Shown here: positions 1-9,692 of the stretch, one piece after another
How the letters are laid out: each line of letters starts with the position of its first letter
How positions within the stretch are numbered: position 1 is the first letter of the stretch
Source of the DNA: a virus
IMG/VR virus record: IMGVR_UViG_3300032325_000466
Coordinates: 1-64,000 of that record
Length of the DNA: 64,000 nt
Reading direction: 5' to 3' (one strand)
Program-made: the position numbers and the translations under genes
Notes under the pieces: generated by a model
What the model saw: only the letters and a program-made list of their open reading frames with translations
Told to the model about the DNA's origin: nothing
Databases searched by the model: none

Positions 1-518
1 AGGTTTGTAAACCGATTTATTCCCAGTTCTTCGGATTCGTTTTCTCCGAAACTATAATCGTATTTTAATCCGTCTGCACATACGATGTTGCAGATTTTAC
101 CATTGACCTTAAACACAGCCTGCAATCCTGTTGATTGCCAATTTAACGGGATAGCATCACCCTCTAATATTTCGATATTTGGTTCTGTCTCGACCCCATG
201 CAATCTGCGAATGCACTCGATACAGTTATCTAACATAAGGTCTACACCATATGTAGTGTCCAATGCTTGTTCGTATGTAGAACCATGCTCCATTTTCTTG
301 ATGATGACTTCACTGAGGAACTGTCCATCACCACAGGAGTTATCTAGAAAAGTTTTAGTAGGATCTGTGAATTGGTCTTGGGGAATTTGGTTGAGTATTT
401 CCTGTACTAAGGGAGTGGGTGTGAACACTTCACCCGTTGCCTTGACTCGGGCTTTGTCACGCTCCACTCCTGACATATAGTCACGGTTGCGAAGATGGTT
501 GATTACCTCACTTAACAT
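1..518 (-). CDS. N6-adenine DNA methyltransferase-like protein (SAM-binding part), 3' end beyond window edge; absent from ORF track
   Basis: Manual translation from ATG at 518: MLSEVINHLRNRDYMSGVERDKARVKATGEVFTPTPLVQEIL...FLDNSCGDGQFL (motifs X and I); frame open to position 1. Confidence 0.8.
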   Translation of the reverse strand, partial: MLSEVINHLRNRDYMSGVERDKARVKATGEVFTPTPLVQEILNQIPQDQFTDPTKTFLDNSCGDGQFLSEVIIKKMEHGSTYEQALDTTYGVDLMLDNCIECIRRLHGVETEPNIEILEGDAIPLNWQSTGLQAVFKVNGKICNIVCADGLKYDYSFGENESEELGINRFTN

Positions 519-1713
519 TGGCTTCGATATAGTCGATTTCTTCTTGGGTTAGATCAAAATGAGAATATATATCTGAATCTGTCCAAAGTTTACTATGGTC
601 AAGCTTAGGTAAATGTTTGATACCAGTATTATAACCACTAGTTTTTTCTGTTTCGATATAAAACCTAAACAATTTGCTAGTTAGATAACTTTTAATATTA
701 TTTCCTTCATCAATAGTATTGATTAGGATATGACACATTCCTTGCCCAGAATGGTCGGTTGTAATATAAATGTTCCTTTCTGGCTTCTTTGGGTCATAAT
801 AAGTGCCAGCAATAGTTAGCATCAACTTCAACTTATCTTTATCTCCAAATAGTCCTTTAGAAAAGTGAGTAGTGTTAGGAGTATACACTACTGGATACTT
901 ATATACTTGATTTCTATCGGTTGCCAGTTTACCTTCTTTCACCCATTTTGCCTGACTATTGTTGATATCTTCCCTAACGGGCAATTTTGGTGCAGGATAA
1001 TATTTTACTTTGTTAAGAATTCCTTTTGTCAATACGTCCTTTTCGCCGAAGACAGGATCGAACTTAACTGTCAAATTTTGTAATTCCACTGTGTTGTCAA
1101 ATTTTACTCTTGTCTTAACATTATGTTTTTCGGATTGCAATACAATACCGCAAATATCTTCCCCTACACTAAAATGTTTTGTGGCATCCATGTCCAAATA
1201 AAGTACAGTATTTTTTTCTACGATATTCCTAATAGCAGCCATTTTTTGGCCTGATCTTTTAACATACGAACTGGGAGTTAGAATTGCCATATAACCCTGA
1301 GGGTTGAGGAGTGAAAAAAATTTAATAAAAAATTCTTTCCACAATTTTTTTCCTTGTGTGCCTGGTAGTTCATAGGGGGGATTACCCACAACAATGTCAA
1401 ATTTCATATTTATATCCAAGCTAGTGATGACTCTCACTCTAAACTTCTGTGCCATCTTAGTTTTATTTATATGGTCAGAATAGAAGGTGATATTTTTAGC
1501 ATCTACTTTAAGAGTATACACTAGATTAATAACAAATTCAAGGTTGAACAAAACCAAAATCGTTTTACCGCCCGCAATATTAGGAATTTGATTACAAATT
1601 TCCACAACCAATTCTTTGGGGGTATAAATATTATGGCTACCTGAAAAACTACCATCAGTACAACGATCGGAAACATATTTATACAGATGATTACTAACTG
1701 CTTCTTGGTTCAT
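508..1713 (-). CDS. Eco57I-like adenine methyltransferase with target-recognition region
   Basis: FDIVVGNPPY motif IV, IYTPKELV motif X; no recognisable motif I. Confidence 0.8.
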   Translation of the reverse strand: MNQEAVSNHLYKYVSDRCTDGSFSGSHNIYTPKELVVEICNQIPNIAGGKTILVLFNLEFVINLVYTLKVDAKNITFYSDHINKTKMAQKFRVRVITSLDINMKFDIVVGNPPYELPGTQGKKLWKEFFIKFFSLLNPQGYMAILTPSSYVKRSGQKMAAIRNIVEKNTVLYLDMDATKHFSVGEDICGIVLQSEKHNVKTRVKFDNTVELQNLTVKFDPVFGEKDVLTKGILNKVKYYPAPKLPVREDINNSQAKWVKEGKLATDRNQVYKYPVVYTPNTTHFSKGLFGDKDKLKLMLTIAGTYYDPKKPERNIYITTDHSGQGMCHILINTIDEGNNIKSYLTSKLFRFYIETEKTSGYNTGIKHLPKLDHSKLWTDSDIYSHFDLTQEEIDYIEANVK

Positions 1714-1771
1714 AATATCGGTACCTGAATTTATTACAATAAATGAATTATACTACAAAACCTATTTATTG

Positions 1772-2341
1772 TCAAATTTGGACAATACCCATTTCTGCCC
1801 TAAATTGCCGCCAAAAGCTATGATTATCATTAATTAATTTACTAATTTCCTTAAAGGCAAGGGGTCGTACCTTATCGTGATACATATCTTCATTTACTCT
1901 TTTATCCAGGGTTTTTGCTGTAGTAAAAAGAGTCATACAAACTTTATCACCGTACATGGCTAAACTTTTAGCAACAAAGTTGCTAATATGGTCTTTATTT
2001 GCGGTTAGTTGTTGTGTAGGATCACTACGAAATTTTACCTGAATAGTATGGATAATACCCTCATGGGTATATCCTAAGCCATCAATTCCCATATCATTCC
2101 CGTCTTTTTTGGTATCCCAAGGACGATATTCAACAATGTTGATCCTCATATCAATAGGACTACAATTGATAAGTACCTCAACCAATGCTTCAAAACCATC
2201 TCCTCGGTAAGTCATAGGGTCCCATAATTCAGGACGTTCTTCGCTTTGCTTATTAAGCCGTTTAACAAATTCAGCCAAAGTTGTACATCCTTTAAGGAGC
2301 TTTTCGGGGTCGTAACAGGTATGTTTGAACCTATGTTTCAT
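1772..2341 (-). CDS. PD-(D/E)xK (Mrr-like) nuclease
   Basis: GFEALV...GIDGLG...IQVKFR catalytic signature; adjacent to helicase and MTases. Confidence 0.65.
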   Translation of the reverse strand: MKHRFKHTCYDPEKLLKGCTTLAEFVKRLNKQSEERPELWDPMTYRGDGFEALVEVLINCSPIDMRINIVEYRPWDTKKDGNDMGIDGLGYTHEGIIHTIQVKFRSDPTQQLTANKDHISNFVAKSLAMYGDKVCMTLFTTAKTLDKRVNEDMYHDKVRPLAFKEISKLINDNHSFWRQFRAEMGIVQI

Positions 2342-2342
2342 T

Positions 2343-3764
2343 TTAAGCGTTCTCCAGAATAATATCTAGTTGTTGGTCGATGCCATCAACCGAATAAACT
2401 TTTTCCCAAAAGTCATTTTTTTCGATTTCGTGCCAAAGATTTTCAATCATAAACAAACTAAGGTTTAATTTGATTTTGCCATAAGCGTCGTCGACATTTT
2501 CTTCGTCGCCTTGATGGCGGTCTTTTCCAGTTTCGTGAACCAATTCACTATTAATATCGAATCCGCCGGCTCGGATAGCTTCAATTACCGTACGAACATG
2601 TTCTTTGGTATCCTCATTACCATTTAGTACTGGAACACTTACCCAAGCTTGGCGTTTAACATTCACTCCATTTTCTTTATATAGCCGCACAGCACGTCCA
2701 ATTGTTTGTAGTAATTTTGCCAAATTTAGATTACGCATCAAGCAAACACCAGTAATTCCAGGAACATCAATACCTTCTGACAGAATATCATAATGAAAAA
2801 TTAGCGCATTTTTAGCGAGACGCAGCGATTCTAGGAAATTTTCACGCCTAACCTTTGTTCCGTTAACCTGCGCTCCCATTTTAGTATTACTCGTGATACA
2901 AAAAACATCATGGTTAGGTAGTTTTTCTTTAAATTTTTTGAGGTTGTCGTTAACAGTTTTTACGTCTTTAGTACCTTTCATAGCGAACAAGATTTTGCTG
3001 AAGCCCAATTCAGGTGCGGTCAGTTTATCCTGTTCGACCGCGAGTTCAATGACTTCATTGATAATAGATTTTTCTTCATCTTTAGTTTCACCGTACATAA
3101 GGTGTAATCTAGGGGCGACGATGAATCCCTTTTTAATTAGCTCCACAGGGCTAATTTGGTAAAGAAGTTTACCATAAAGACTTTCGTTATTTAGTCCCCT
3201 ACCTTTATTGCTAGCGGTATGGCGCTCAGTCGCCGTAAAAAATAGCTTTACCCGACCTTCAAGGTTCTTTATAGCACCATTAAAATTGTCACCCACACAG
3301 TATTGACTTTCATCTGCAATGATGGTATCAAACTTGATTCCTGCAAGTTTTGTAGCACTATGGTAAGTACTAAACACTACCAAATCAGTGCCCACCAACC
3401 TAGATTTTTTATATTCTTCAACTAGAATAGATACCCGAGTAGTGGCTAGTTCTTGCCACTTTATTGTTTCAGGTTCAGCCTCGTGACTACCGCTATGGAA
3501 CGCGATGGCTCGGTATTTTTTTCCACCATACTTACGATACTCTTCAATAAGTTGATTTGCCAGAACAATCCTAGGAGCCAAAACTAGATGAATTCCCATA
3601 TTATGGGTAGTTTGACTATCGATTACTGCGGCTTCCACAAAAGTCTTACCTGCGCCAGTAGGCATAACTACTCGACCTATCGCCGTACCATTACCTTGGG
3701 TAATAGCATTCTTGATTTTATCTAGTGCATCAAGCTGGTGCTGATGTAAAGTTACAATAGCCAT
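2343..3764 (-). CDS. SF2 helicase (type III Res / type ISP-like)
   Basis: MPTGAGKT Walker A, IADESQ Walker B, TATE, EGIDVP, QTIGRAVR. Confidence 0.85.
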   Translation of the reverse strand: MAIVTLHQHQLDALDKIKNAITQGNGTAIGRVVMPTGAGKTFVEAAVIDSQTTHNMGIHLVLAPRIVLANQLIEEYRKYGGKKYRAIAFHSGSHEAEPETIKWQELATTRVSILVEEYKKSRLVGTDLVVFSTYHSATKLAGIKFDTIIADESQYCVGDNFNGAIKNLEGRVKLFFTATERHTASNKGRGLNNESLYGKLLYQISPVELIKKGFIVAPRLHLMYGETKDEEKSIINEVIELAVEQDKLTAPELGFSKILFAMKGTKDVKTVNDNLKKFKEKLPNHDVFCITSNTKMGAQVNGTKVRRENFLESLRLAKNALIFHYDILSEGIDVPGITGVCLMRNLNLAKLLQTIGRAVRLYKENGVNVKRQAWVSVPVLNGNEDTKEHVRTVIEAIRAGGFDINSELVHETGKDRHQGDEENVDDAYGKIKLNLSLFMIENLWHEIEKNDFWEKVYSVDGIDQQLDIILENA

Positions 3765-3840
3765 TTTAAGCCTTTTAAAAACCCGCTTTTTCAGCGTATA
3801 TGAGTATTATACACCCAAACTGATTTATTGTCAAATCCAA

Positions 3841-4008
3841 TTAGGCGTCGTAATCCGCGCCATTAACCTGCTCTTCCCAAAATACACGGGCATCGGCTTC
3901 GTTGTCAAAAGTTTCCAACACATTCATACCACCAAGCGGATGTGGAAACCATACAGACCACTGTTCGCAGTCTGCGTCGTAGGTGCAAAGTAGTTCTACA
4001 GGTTCCAA
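3841..4008 (-). CDS. Small acidic hypothetical protein (55 aa, TTG start)
   Basis: GGAG RBS, directly behind promoter 4040-4068; MEPVELLCTYDADCEQWSVWF... Confidence 0.6.
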   Translation of the reverse strand: MEPVELLCTYDADCEQWSVWFPHPLGGMNVLETFDNEADARVFWEEQVNGADYDA

Positions 4009-4091
4009 TTACTGCTCCAATTCTTTAGTGTATGCCCATATTATACATGATATAGTAATTATTGTCAAATTTAAAATACATATAAAAATAC

Positions 4092-4097
4092 TAAATA
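4092..4097 (+). promoter_or_regulatory. T4-type late promoter core TAAATA
   Basis: TAAATA immediately upstream of ATG 4099; same motif precedes other late genes (24763-24768, 33499-33504, 60607-60612, TATAAATA 63096-63103). Confidence 0.6.
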
Positions 4098-4098
4098 C

Positions 4099-4923
4099 AT
4101 GATGCGTATTATAGAAATTTTAACCGAACGTAGCCAAGCAGAAAGAAAGCGTGAAGCGGGGACAGTTCATGACCAATTTTTCACAAGGCCTGAAGTAGCA
4201 GCCCAGTTTGCTAATTGGGTAAAGAGCCATCCTTTCTACAAAGAAACAACCAAAATAATAGAGCCCGCAGCTGGAAACAAAGATTTGGCTAAACATTTTC
4301 CAAAAATAGAAATGTATGATTTAGATCCGCAGTATCCTGATATTGGCGCACAGGATTTCTTTCAATCACAACACCAGTATCAGCCTGGCTTTCTTACAGT
4401 AATGAACCCACCTTTTGGCAAAGCCAGTGATTTGGCTATTCAGTTCTTTAACAAAGCCGCTACATTCAGTGACTATATTGCCCAAATTGTTCCACGAACC
4501 TTTCGTAGGTCAAGTGTCCAAAATAGGTTGGCAGACAAATTTGAATTAGTAGATGAGTATATTTTACCTCGAGGATCTTTTTATTTACCATCTGAAGGTC
4601 CGAATCGTAAATATGATGTTCCTGCTGTAGCACAAATATGGAAAAGAACAGCAACCCCGCGTGTCAAAGAGCAACCAATACCAATGCCGCCGGGGGTCAA
4701 GTTTGTTAGACCTGACCAAGCTGATTTTGCTTTCCGCAGAAAAGGTCGTAGGGCCGGGGAAATCATCACTAAAGATTTTGAACAGGCTAATCCCAATAGT
4801 TTCTTTTTTATTAAAGGCGATGTAACGCCGTGGCAACAGGTAGATTGGCGTCAGTGGGGCAATGACATTATGGGATCAAGATCCATTAGCCAAACAGATA
4901 TAGCCCGCGCATTATCGTCTTAG
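4099..4923 (+). CDS. DNA adenine methyltransferase with MRIIEILTE leader
   Basis: DQFFT motif X, IEPAAG motif I, MNPPFG motif IV. Confidence 0.85.
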   Translation: MMRIIEILTERSQAERKREAGTVHDQFFTRPEVAAQFANWVKSHPFYKETTKIIEPAAGNKDLAKHFPKIEMYDLDPQYPDIGAQDFFQSQHQYQPGFLTVMNPPFGKASDLAIQFFNKAATFSDYIAQIVPRTFRRSSVQNRLADKFELVDEYILPRGSFYLPSEGPNRKYDVPAVAQIWKRTATPRVKEQPIPMPPGVKFVRPDQADFAFRRKGRRAGEIITKDFEQANPNSFFFIKGDVTPWQQVDWRQWGNDIMGSRSISQTDIARALSS

Positions 4924-4934
4924 GCTTTCTTCTC

Positions 4935-5261
4935 TTATTTTACTAAAGAGGAGACAATCTGCTGATTCCTAACATCTTGCTCTTTGCGGGCGATCTTTTC
5001 ATCATTGACCAATCCTAACATCATGTAATATGAGCGCATCCACCTTACACCATTCAACCAAATGTCAAGTTCGTCCAAATTACCAACAAATAACTCAGCA
5101 TCTCTGGCGTAGAGGGGTAGTGCATCGGCTTTAGCACCAACCGCTATTACATCTCGGTCAGCCAATTGGTATTGATATTTTGGGGCTCTTAAAATAAACC
5201 CCAGATCGTCACATTCTTTTTCCAATCTACGAATTTTTAGTATTGTATTGTATCCCGCCAT
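4935..5261 (-). CDS. Hypothetical protein
   Basis: ORF track, operonic packing. Confidence 0.6.
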   Translation of the reverse strand: MAGYNTILKIRRLEKECDDLGFILRAPKYQYQLADRDVIAVGAKADALPLYARDAELFVGNLDELDIWLNGVRWMRSYYMMLGLVNDEKIARKEQDVRNQQIVSSLVK

Positions 5262-5264
5262 ATA

Positions 5265-5660
5265 TCACCAAGAAGAATTGTAAAATACTTTGAACTTAAA
5301 AAAGAGTTCGGCTTTGGCGTCTACACAAAATTTCAAGTCGTCATCATAGTAATGATCATCACTGGGTCGACCAAAAAAGAATCCTTGAGTATCCATCCTA
5401 GCCATTTTACCACTTCGAATATCTTGTTCTAACTGAACAATATCCTCATATGTTAGCTCAAGTTCTACACCGTTGAAATCTCCAGGTGGGTAGAGATTTT
5501 CTTTAAATTGGTCATCAGCGTAGAGTGGAATTCCTAGCTTCTTCAGCCACAACTTCTCCATCCAACCGTGTAGATTAGGATGCTTTCTTCGATAGGCCAA
5601 TTCGCGTGTATTCGAGTCCTGTGCCTTACTAGCGGCATACATGTATTGATCTAAACCCAT
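5265..5660 (-). CDS. Phage hypothetical protein (MGLD...Y...RKH...FYNSSW type)
   Basis: N-terminal MGLDQY, RKHPNLHGW and C-terminal YNSSW pattern familiar from phage ORFs. Confidence 0.7.
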   Translation of the reverse strand: MGLDQYMYAASKAQDSNTRELAYRRKHPNLHGWMEKLWLKKLGIPLYADDQFKENLYPPGDFNGVELELTYEDIVQLEQDIRSGKMARMDTQGFFFGRPSDDHYYDDDLKFCVDAKAELFFKFKVFYNSSW

Positions 5661-5841
5661 GATTATTTGGCCTGTTCAGTAGCTACTTGTTTGACCTTTT
5701 CCATACCAGTGTCTAGCATTTTAGCGACACCTGCAAATCCAACTGATGACACGATGATACCAAAGATCGTACCAAAAATAAAGTTACCCATTTTGATTCT
5801 CCTAAATTAAAAGTTAAAATTTACTGCCCAAAATAACCAAC

Positions 5842-6474
5842 TCATTTAATAACCTTTACACGATTGAGTTGGGTAATGTTGTCTCGGTGAGCCTTTACCG
5901 TGCCTTGAATCATCATCACAGTGCCAACCTCAGCCTGATTTTTCAGGGAGAAGAATGCCGGCTCGTCGTCAGTAGTAAGCACTGACGCAAAGTAACAATT
6001 CCATTGCATAGAATAGTGACACTTGATCACCTCGACAGTGCGAATAACCTTGTCACCCACTGCACCGATAAAGCCACCACTTGCCTGATTTAACCGGTTC
6101 TCGATTTGGTCGCGCTTAACCGACCGTTCATAGCAACTGGGCAGTGAGCAGACCACAGCCAAATCAAAGTTGCCACCAAGTCCGTCACGATTGGCAAGCA
6201 CCATGGCGTTGTTGTCAAAATCACTCAGCTTGAAACCTTGAAGGACCTTGAAAGTCTTGGCTTGGTAATACTTGCGAACCTTTGCTGCAAGTTCACGGTC
6301 GTCTTCGGTGATCGGGAGAAATTTCTCCAGTGCTTGCAGCATCAGCGATCGGTTGCTAGGCTTGGATTCAGTACCAAACTTGTCATAACCACCGTTGATA
6401 CGCTGTGCTGTAACAGCAGCAGCCCAAACATCATCGGCGTTATACATAGTTGGGGTCGCTTTAACTCGTGCCAT
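5842..6474 (-). CDS. Hypothetical protein with C-terminal OB-fold-like region (start corrected to MARVK)
   Basis: Track start lies inside the promoter cassette; RBS GGAG precedes ATG 6474; C-term ...GTVKAH.DN.TQLNRVK. Confidence 0.65.
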   Translation of the reverse strand: MARVKATPTMYNADDVWAAAVTAQRINGGYDKFGTESKPSNRSLMLQALEKFLPITEDDRELAAKVRKYYQAKTFKVLQGFKLSDFDNNAMVLANRDGLGGNFDLAVVCSLPSCYERSVKRDQIENRLNQASGGFIGAVGDKVIRTVEVIKCHYSMQWNCYFASVLTTDDEPAFFSLKNQAEVGTVMMIQGTVKAHRDNITQLNRVKVIK

Positions 6475-6535
6475 TTTTAACTCCGTTTTTTCAGTGTATA
6501 TAAGTATTATACACCCGAATCCATTTATTGTCAAG

Positions 6536-6817
6536 CTAGTTTAGAACAGGCTTGACACCATCAAAGCCCCAAGCGTTAGCGGTGTCGTCATACCTGTGGT
6601 TGTAGTCCCAATCAGATCCATGCGGGGCATCATTGTGAAGGTAATCAAACTCATCGTTGCCAGCACGGTCAACACCATTTTGGTTGTACCCATAGCTATC
6701 GAAGCCTTCTGGGTCGTAGGGCACCCACATAGCATCGGTATCGCCTGAGTATTTGTCCCACCAATGCTTATCTGTCATGTAAGCACGGCTTACGGTTGGG
6801 CTGTATTTTCCACGCAT
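6536..6817 (-). CDS. Hypothetical protein (YDPEGFDSYGYNQNGVDRAG repeat-like)
   Basis: ORF behind promoter 6851-6879. Confidence 0.65.
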   Translation of the reverse strand: MRGKYSPTVSRAYMTDKHWWDKYSGDTDAMWVPYDPEGFDSYGYNQNGVDRAGNDEFDYLHNDAPHGSDWDYNHRYDDTANAWGFDGVKPVLN

Positions 6818-6875
6818 AGTATTTTCTCCACTATTTTAGTGTACAACTATATTGTACACAGAAACTTATTTAGTG

Positions 6876-7073
6876 TCAAACTGTGATAAGGTCGCCCTCG
6901 TCCAAGAGAATTCGGTCACGGAGTGTGCCGAAAATTTCAACAGGCTGAGCCAACTGAACGGTGTGCTGCACGGTACCGCCGTACTTTACGCGGCTGTTTT
7001 CCACAGTACCGATAACGGTAAATGACTTGAGATAGATACCAGCAACTTGTTGACCTTCACGATTCCAAGACAT
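6876..7073 (-). CDS. Small hypothetical protein
   Basis: Promoter cassette plus RBS upstream. Confidence 0.7.
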   Translation of the reverse strand: MSWNREGQQVAGIYLKSFTVIGTVENSRVKYGGTVQHTVQLAQPVEIFGTLRDRILLDEGDLITV

Positions 7074-7120
7074 TTTTCAACTCCGTTTTCTCAGTGTATG
7101 TGAGTATTATACACCCATAT

Positions 7121-7678
7121 TCATTTATTGTCAAATTCATCAGGATCGTATTCAGCATCTATATCTTGGTTAGATAATTCTTCCCAAAGCTTTGGATCGT
7201 CATATGCTTTATAGTAATCTTCGTTAGCTTGTAATATTCTAAACCAAATTTTTGTGTCATATTTAAGCATTAGCCAACTTAATTGTTTTTGATCCAACAA
7301 GTCACAAATAGTGTACTTACTACCACAATCACCATATAGTGTTTTGAATGGGCTATGTTTGATATTTTCTTCTTTAAGAATTTTTTCAAAATTACCATAG
7401 AATATGATACGGGTGATGCCCTTTTCTTGGTTTACAAGACGCACCCTATCGTGTAAATGTAATACACTTGCCGTGGCATTGTTTTCACTATCAATAGTGA
7501 GCAAACATTCTTTGATTTTGATAGCACCCTTTGTATGACTGTTGTCAGGGGTTTCTTTTGTTGAAAAAGGTATTAAACTAGTAAAATGATTTACATAGTA
7601 AGTCTGCCCTTTTGCTTTGACTACCCACATGGGTATATTTGGATCTTCTAAGTGCTTCTTGTTGAAGTGAAACACCAT
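7121..7678 (-). CDS. Hypothetical protein
   Basis: ORF track. Confidence 0.6.
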   Translation of the reverse strand: MVFHFNKKHLEDPNIPMWVVKAKGQTYYVNHFTSLIPFSTKETPDNSHTKGAIKIKECLLTIDSENNATASVLHLHDRVRLVNQEKGITRIIFYGNFEKILKEENIKHSPFKTLYGDCGSKYTICDLLDQKQLSWLMLKYDTKIWFRILQANEDYYKAYDDPKLWEELSNQDIDAEYDPDEFDNK

Positions 7679-7774
7679 TTCTTTACATGCTAGTTCAATC
7701 TATGAATTCATTTTTAATCTCCTTGTATAGACTATTTATAATTTATTTTCTATATTAGATTTTTTACTTATTGA

Positions 7775-7849
7775 TGGTGCGCTTGGTGGGAATCAAACCC
7801 ACTAATCAGAGGTTTAGAAGCTCCTGCTTATTCATTTAGCTTCAAGCGC
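7775..7849 (-). tRNA. Isolated atypical tRNA-Arg(TCT), possibly degenerate
   Basis: GCGCTTG/CAAGCGC acceptor + ACCA, CT-TCT-AA loop, T-loop TTTGATT, poorly paired anticodon stem. Confidence 0.65.
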
Positions 7850-8180
7850 AATACTAATATTATATCATACTGAAAATGTAATTAGCAACTGCGACTCACC
7901 CAAATTCATTTATTGCCAAATTCAGGATTTTGGAGTAGCCAAAAATACAATGGCTTTCGCAAGAAGATGAACCACCACTAAAATGGTTACTAATGGCGCA
8001 AGCATAGAGAAAAACACTACTGAACCCAGTGGGTCTTTGCTCTTAAAGACAAACCTATTCAGGATAATACCCTGAGCCAGTGCGTATACAATGTAAGCCA
8101 GAACAATAAGCATATCCATATCCATATTTCAGTGTATGTGAGTATTATAAACCCAAATTCATTTATTGTCAAGTCCAAAT

Positions 8181-8417
8181 TTAAACTTTATGATCCCAAA
8201 GTCCAAATTGTTCTTCAATTATAACAGCACAATTTTCAGCAGTAAGATCGTCATATTCGTGGGGATATTCTTCATGCAAAAATTTAGCATAGTCGCGCAG
8301 TCCTTGGGCACATTCTTGCACAATCAATTGTGCAAATTTTTCTGGATTAAATTGTGCAGGGCCAACTCCCTGTGGCTCCCAACATTGCGTTTCAAGGTCA
8401 CGGATTCGTTCGTTCAT
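8181..8417 (-). CDS. MNERI/EKFAELIV paralog family member 1
   Basis: MNERIRDL...EKFAQLIVQECA...IEEQFG. Confidence 0.75.
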   Translation of the reverse strand: MNERIRDLETQCWEPQGVGPAQFNPEKFAQLIVQECAQGLRDYAKFLHEEYPHEYDDLTAENCAVIIEEQFGLWDHKV

Positions 8418-8692
8418 ACTCGTTTGTTCCATTTTTCAATTGCTTCCTCTTTAGAGTCAGCAGACATTTGGGCGCCGCATCCGCCGCTTATTGTGCTGCA
8501 ATGTAAACTCCAACACCATTGTTCTTTTGATTTTGATACGGCGGGAGCGCTTCCAAATCGATGATATACTCTACCATACTCTATATCTTCCCAAACAATT
8601 CCATTTGGGTATAGTGTATCTTCGTCATCGATATCAATTTCTTTACCGCAAAATGGACAAGGTTTCATTGTGCAGTCACTACCATTGGACAT
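8414..8692 (-). CDS. Lar-like (restriction alleviation) zinc-ribbon protein
   Basis: KPCPFCG...C...CGA...EEAIEKWNKR pattern. Confidence 0.6.
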   Translation of the reverse strand: MSNGSDCTMKPCPFCGKEIDIDDEDTLYPNGIVWEDIEYGRVYHRFGSAPAVSKSKEQWCWSLHCSTISGGCGAQMSADSKEEAIEKWNKRV

Positions 8693-9009
8693 TCACCGGT
8701 CAACGCAGCCGTATGACCTTTTGGACATGCTGCTTGTATTCTATCAACACCGCATTTGGGGCATACCCAACCTTTCTTTTCTACAATTTCAAACTGCTGT
8801 TTTATTTTTTCTACACAGGCTTCACGGGTAGAGTTTGAAATTTGATCACGGTAGTCACCATAACTTGAAGGTGAGTTCTCTACGATGCCAATACATTCCT
8901 TGACAATCAACTCGGCGAACTTTTCCATCATTAACTTTACATCAACATGGTCACCTTTGTTTGCTGACATTTCAGCCTGTTGGGCAAGTTCACGAATTCG
9001 TTTGTTCAT
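8665..9009 (-). CDS. Paralog family member 2 with C-terminal Cys-rich extension
   Basis: MNKRIRELAQQA...EKFAELIVKEC...WVCPKCG. Confidence 0.7.
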   Translation of the reverse strand: MNKRIRELAQQAEMSANKGDHVDVKLMMEKFAELIVKECIGIVENSPSSYGDYRDQISNSTREACVEKIKQQFEIVEKKGWVCPKCGVDRIQAACPKGHTAALTGECPMVVTAQ

Positions 9010-9103
9010 GCTTCTACTCCTGTTGCTGGGCAATAAGGTGTGTGTCCATTCTTACCGGGGTTTCTGTAACAATGCCGACACCAATTATAATCTTTAGGTT
9101 GGT

Positions 9104-9313
9104 TCATTCTTCAACTCCAAAATGTTTTATCAGACCTTTTCCTAGTTCAGGTTGTCCTAGTTCTTCTGAGCGTTTGGCACATTCTTTGACAATCAACTGG
9201 GCAAAGTCTTCAAGAATCAATAGGTCTTCTCTGGGCCAACCACCAGGATACATTCGTAGTTTTTCTACATCAAACCCAGCTTCAGTCATCAATTTTAAAA
9301 TTCGTTCGTTCAT
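9104..9313 (-). CDS. Paralog family member 3
   Basis: MNERILKL...FAQLIVKECA...HFGVEE. Confidence 0.75.
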   Translation of the reverse strand: MNERILKLMTEAGFDVEKLRMYPGGWPREDLLILEDFAQLIVKECAKRSEELGQPELGKGLIKHFGVEE

Positions 9314-9464
9314 TTGTAATCCTTTTTGTTTTTAGGGTTATAGAAACACCGTTCAGGATTGTGTGGTCTGAGTACATTTTGTCCGTTTTCAACAGTCCAT
9401 GTCCATGCAATCTTACCACAATATGCACAGGGTTCTTTTGGAAGTAAACTATTTTGTTCGTTCA

Positions 9465-9692
9465 TTATTTAACTCCAAAATGTATTCTAATATCTTCCGC
9501 GCAATGCCTAGGCTCTGTTGCGGGAATATTTTGTAGATTGTCGCAAATGTTAGCACATTCTTGCACAATTAATTGTACAAACTTTTCCATATCTTCAGTA
9601 ATGGGCAAATGTTCTAATTTGGAAGTATAAACTTCATTTTGTATAATATTAAATCCAGCCTTCTTGGCAAGTTTTTCAATTCGTGGGTTCAT
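9465..9692 (-). CDS. Paralog family member 4
   Basis: MNPRIEKLA...EKFVQLIVQECA...HFGVK. Confidence 0.75.
   Translation of the reverse strand: MNPRIEKLAKKAGFNIIQNEVYTSKLEHLPITEDMEKFVQLIVQECANICDNLQNIPATEPRHCAEDIRIHFGVK

Noticed and set aside
85-480. Plus-strand 131-aa ORF
   Set aside because: Antisense to the motif-bearing MTase frame that runs off the window edge
6475-6534. Shared N-terminus MTINGFGCII in ORFs 5842..6534 and 22529..22747
   Set aside because: Translation of the repeated promoter cassette; real starts follow the GGAG RBS (6474, 22687)
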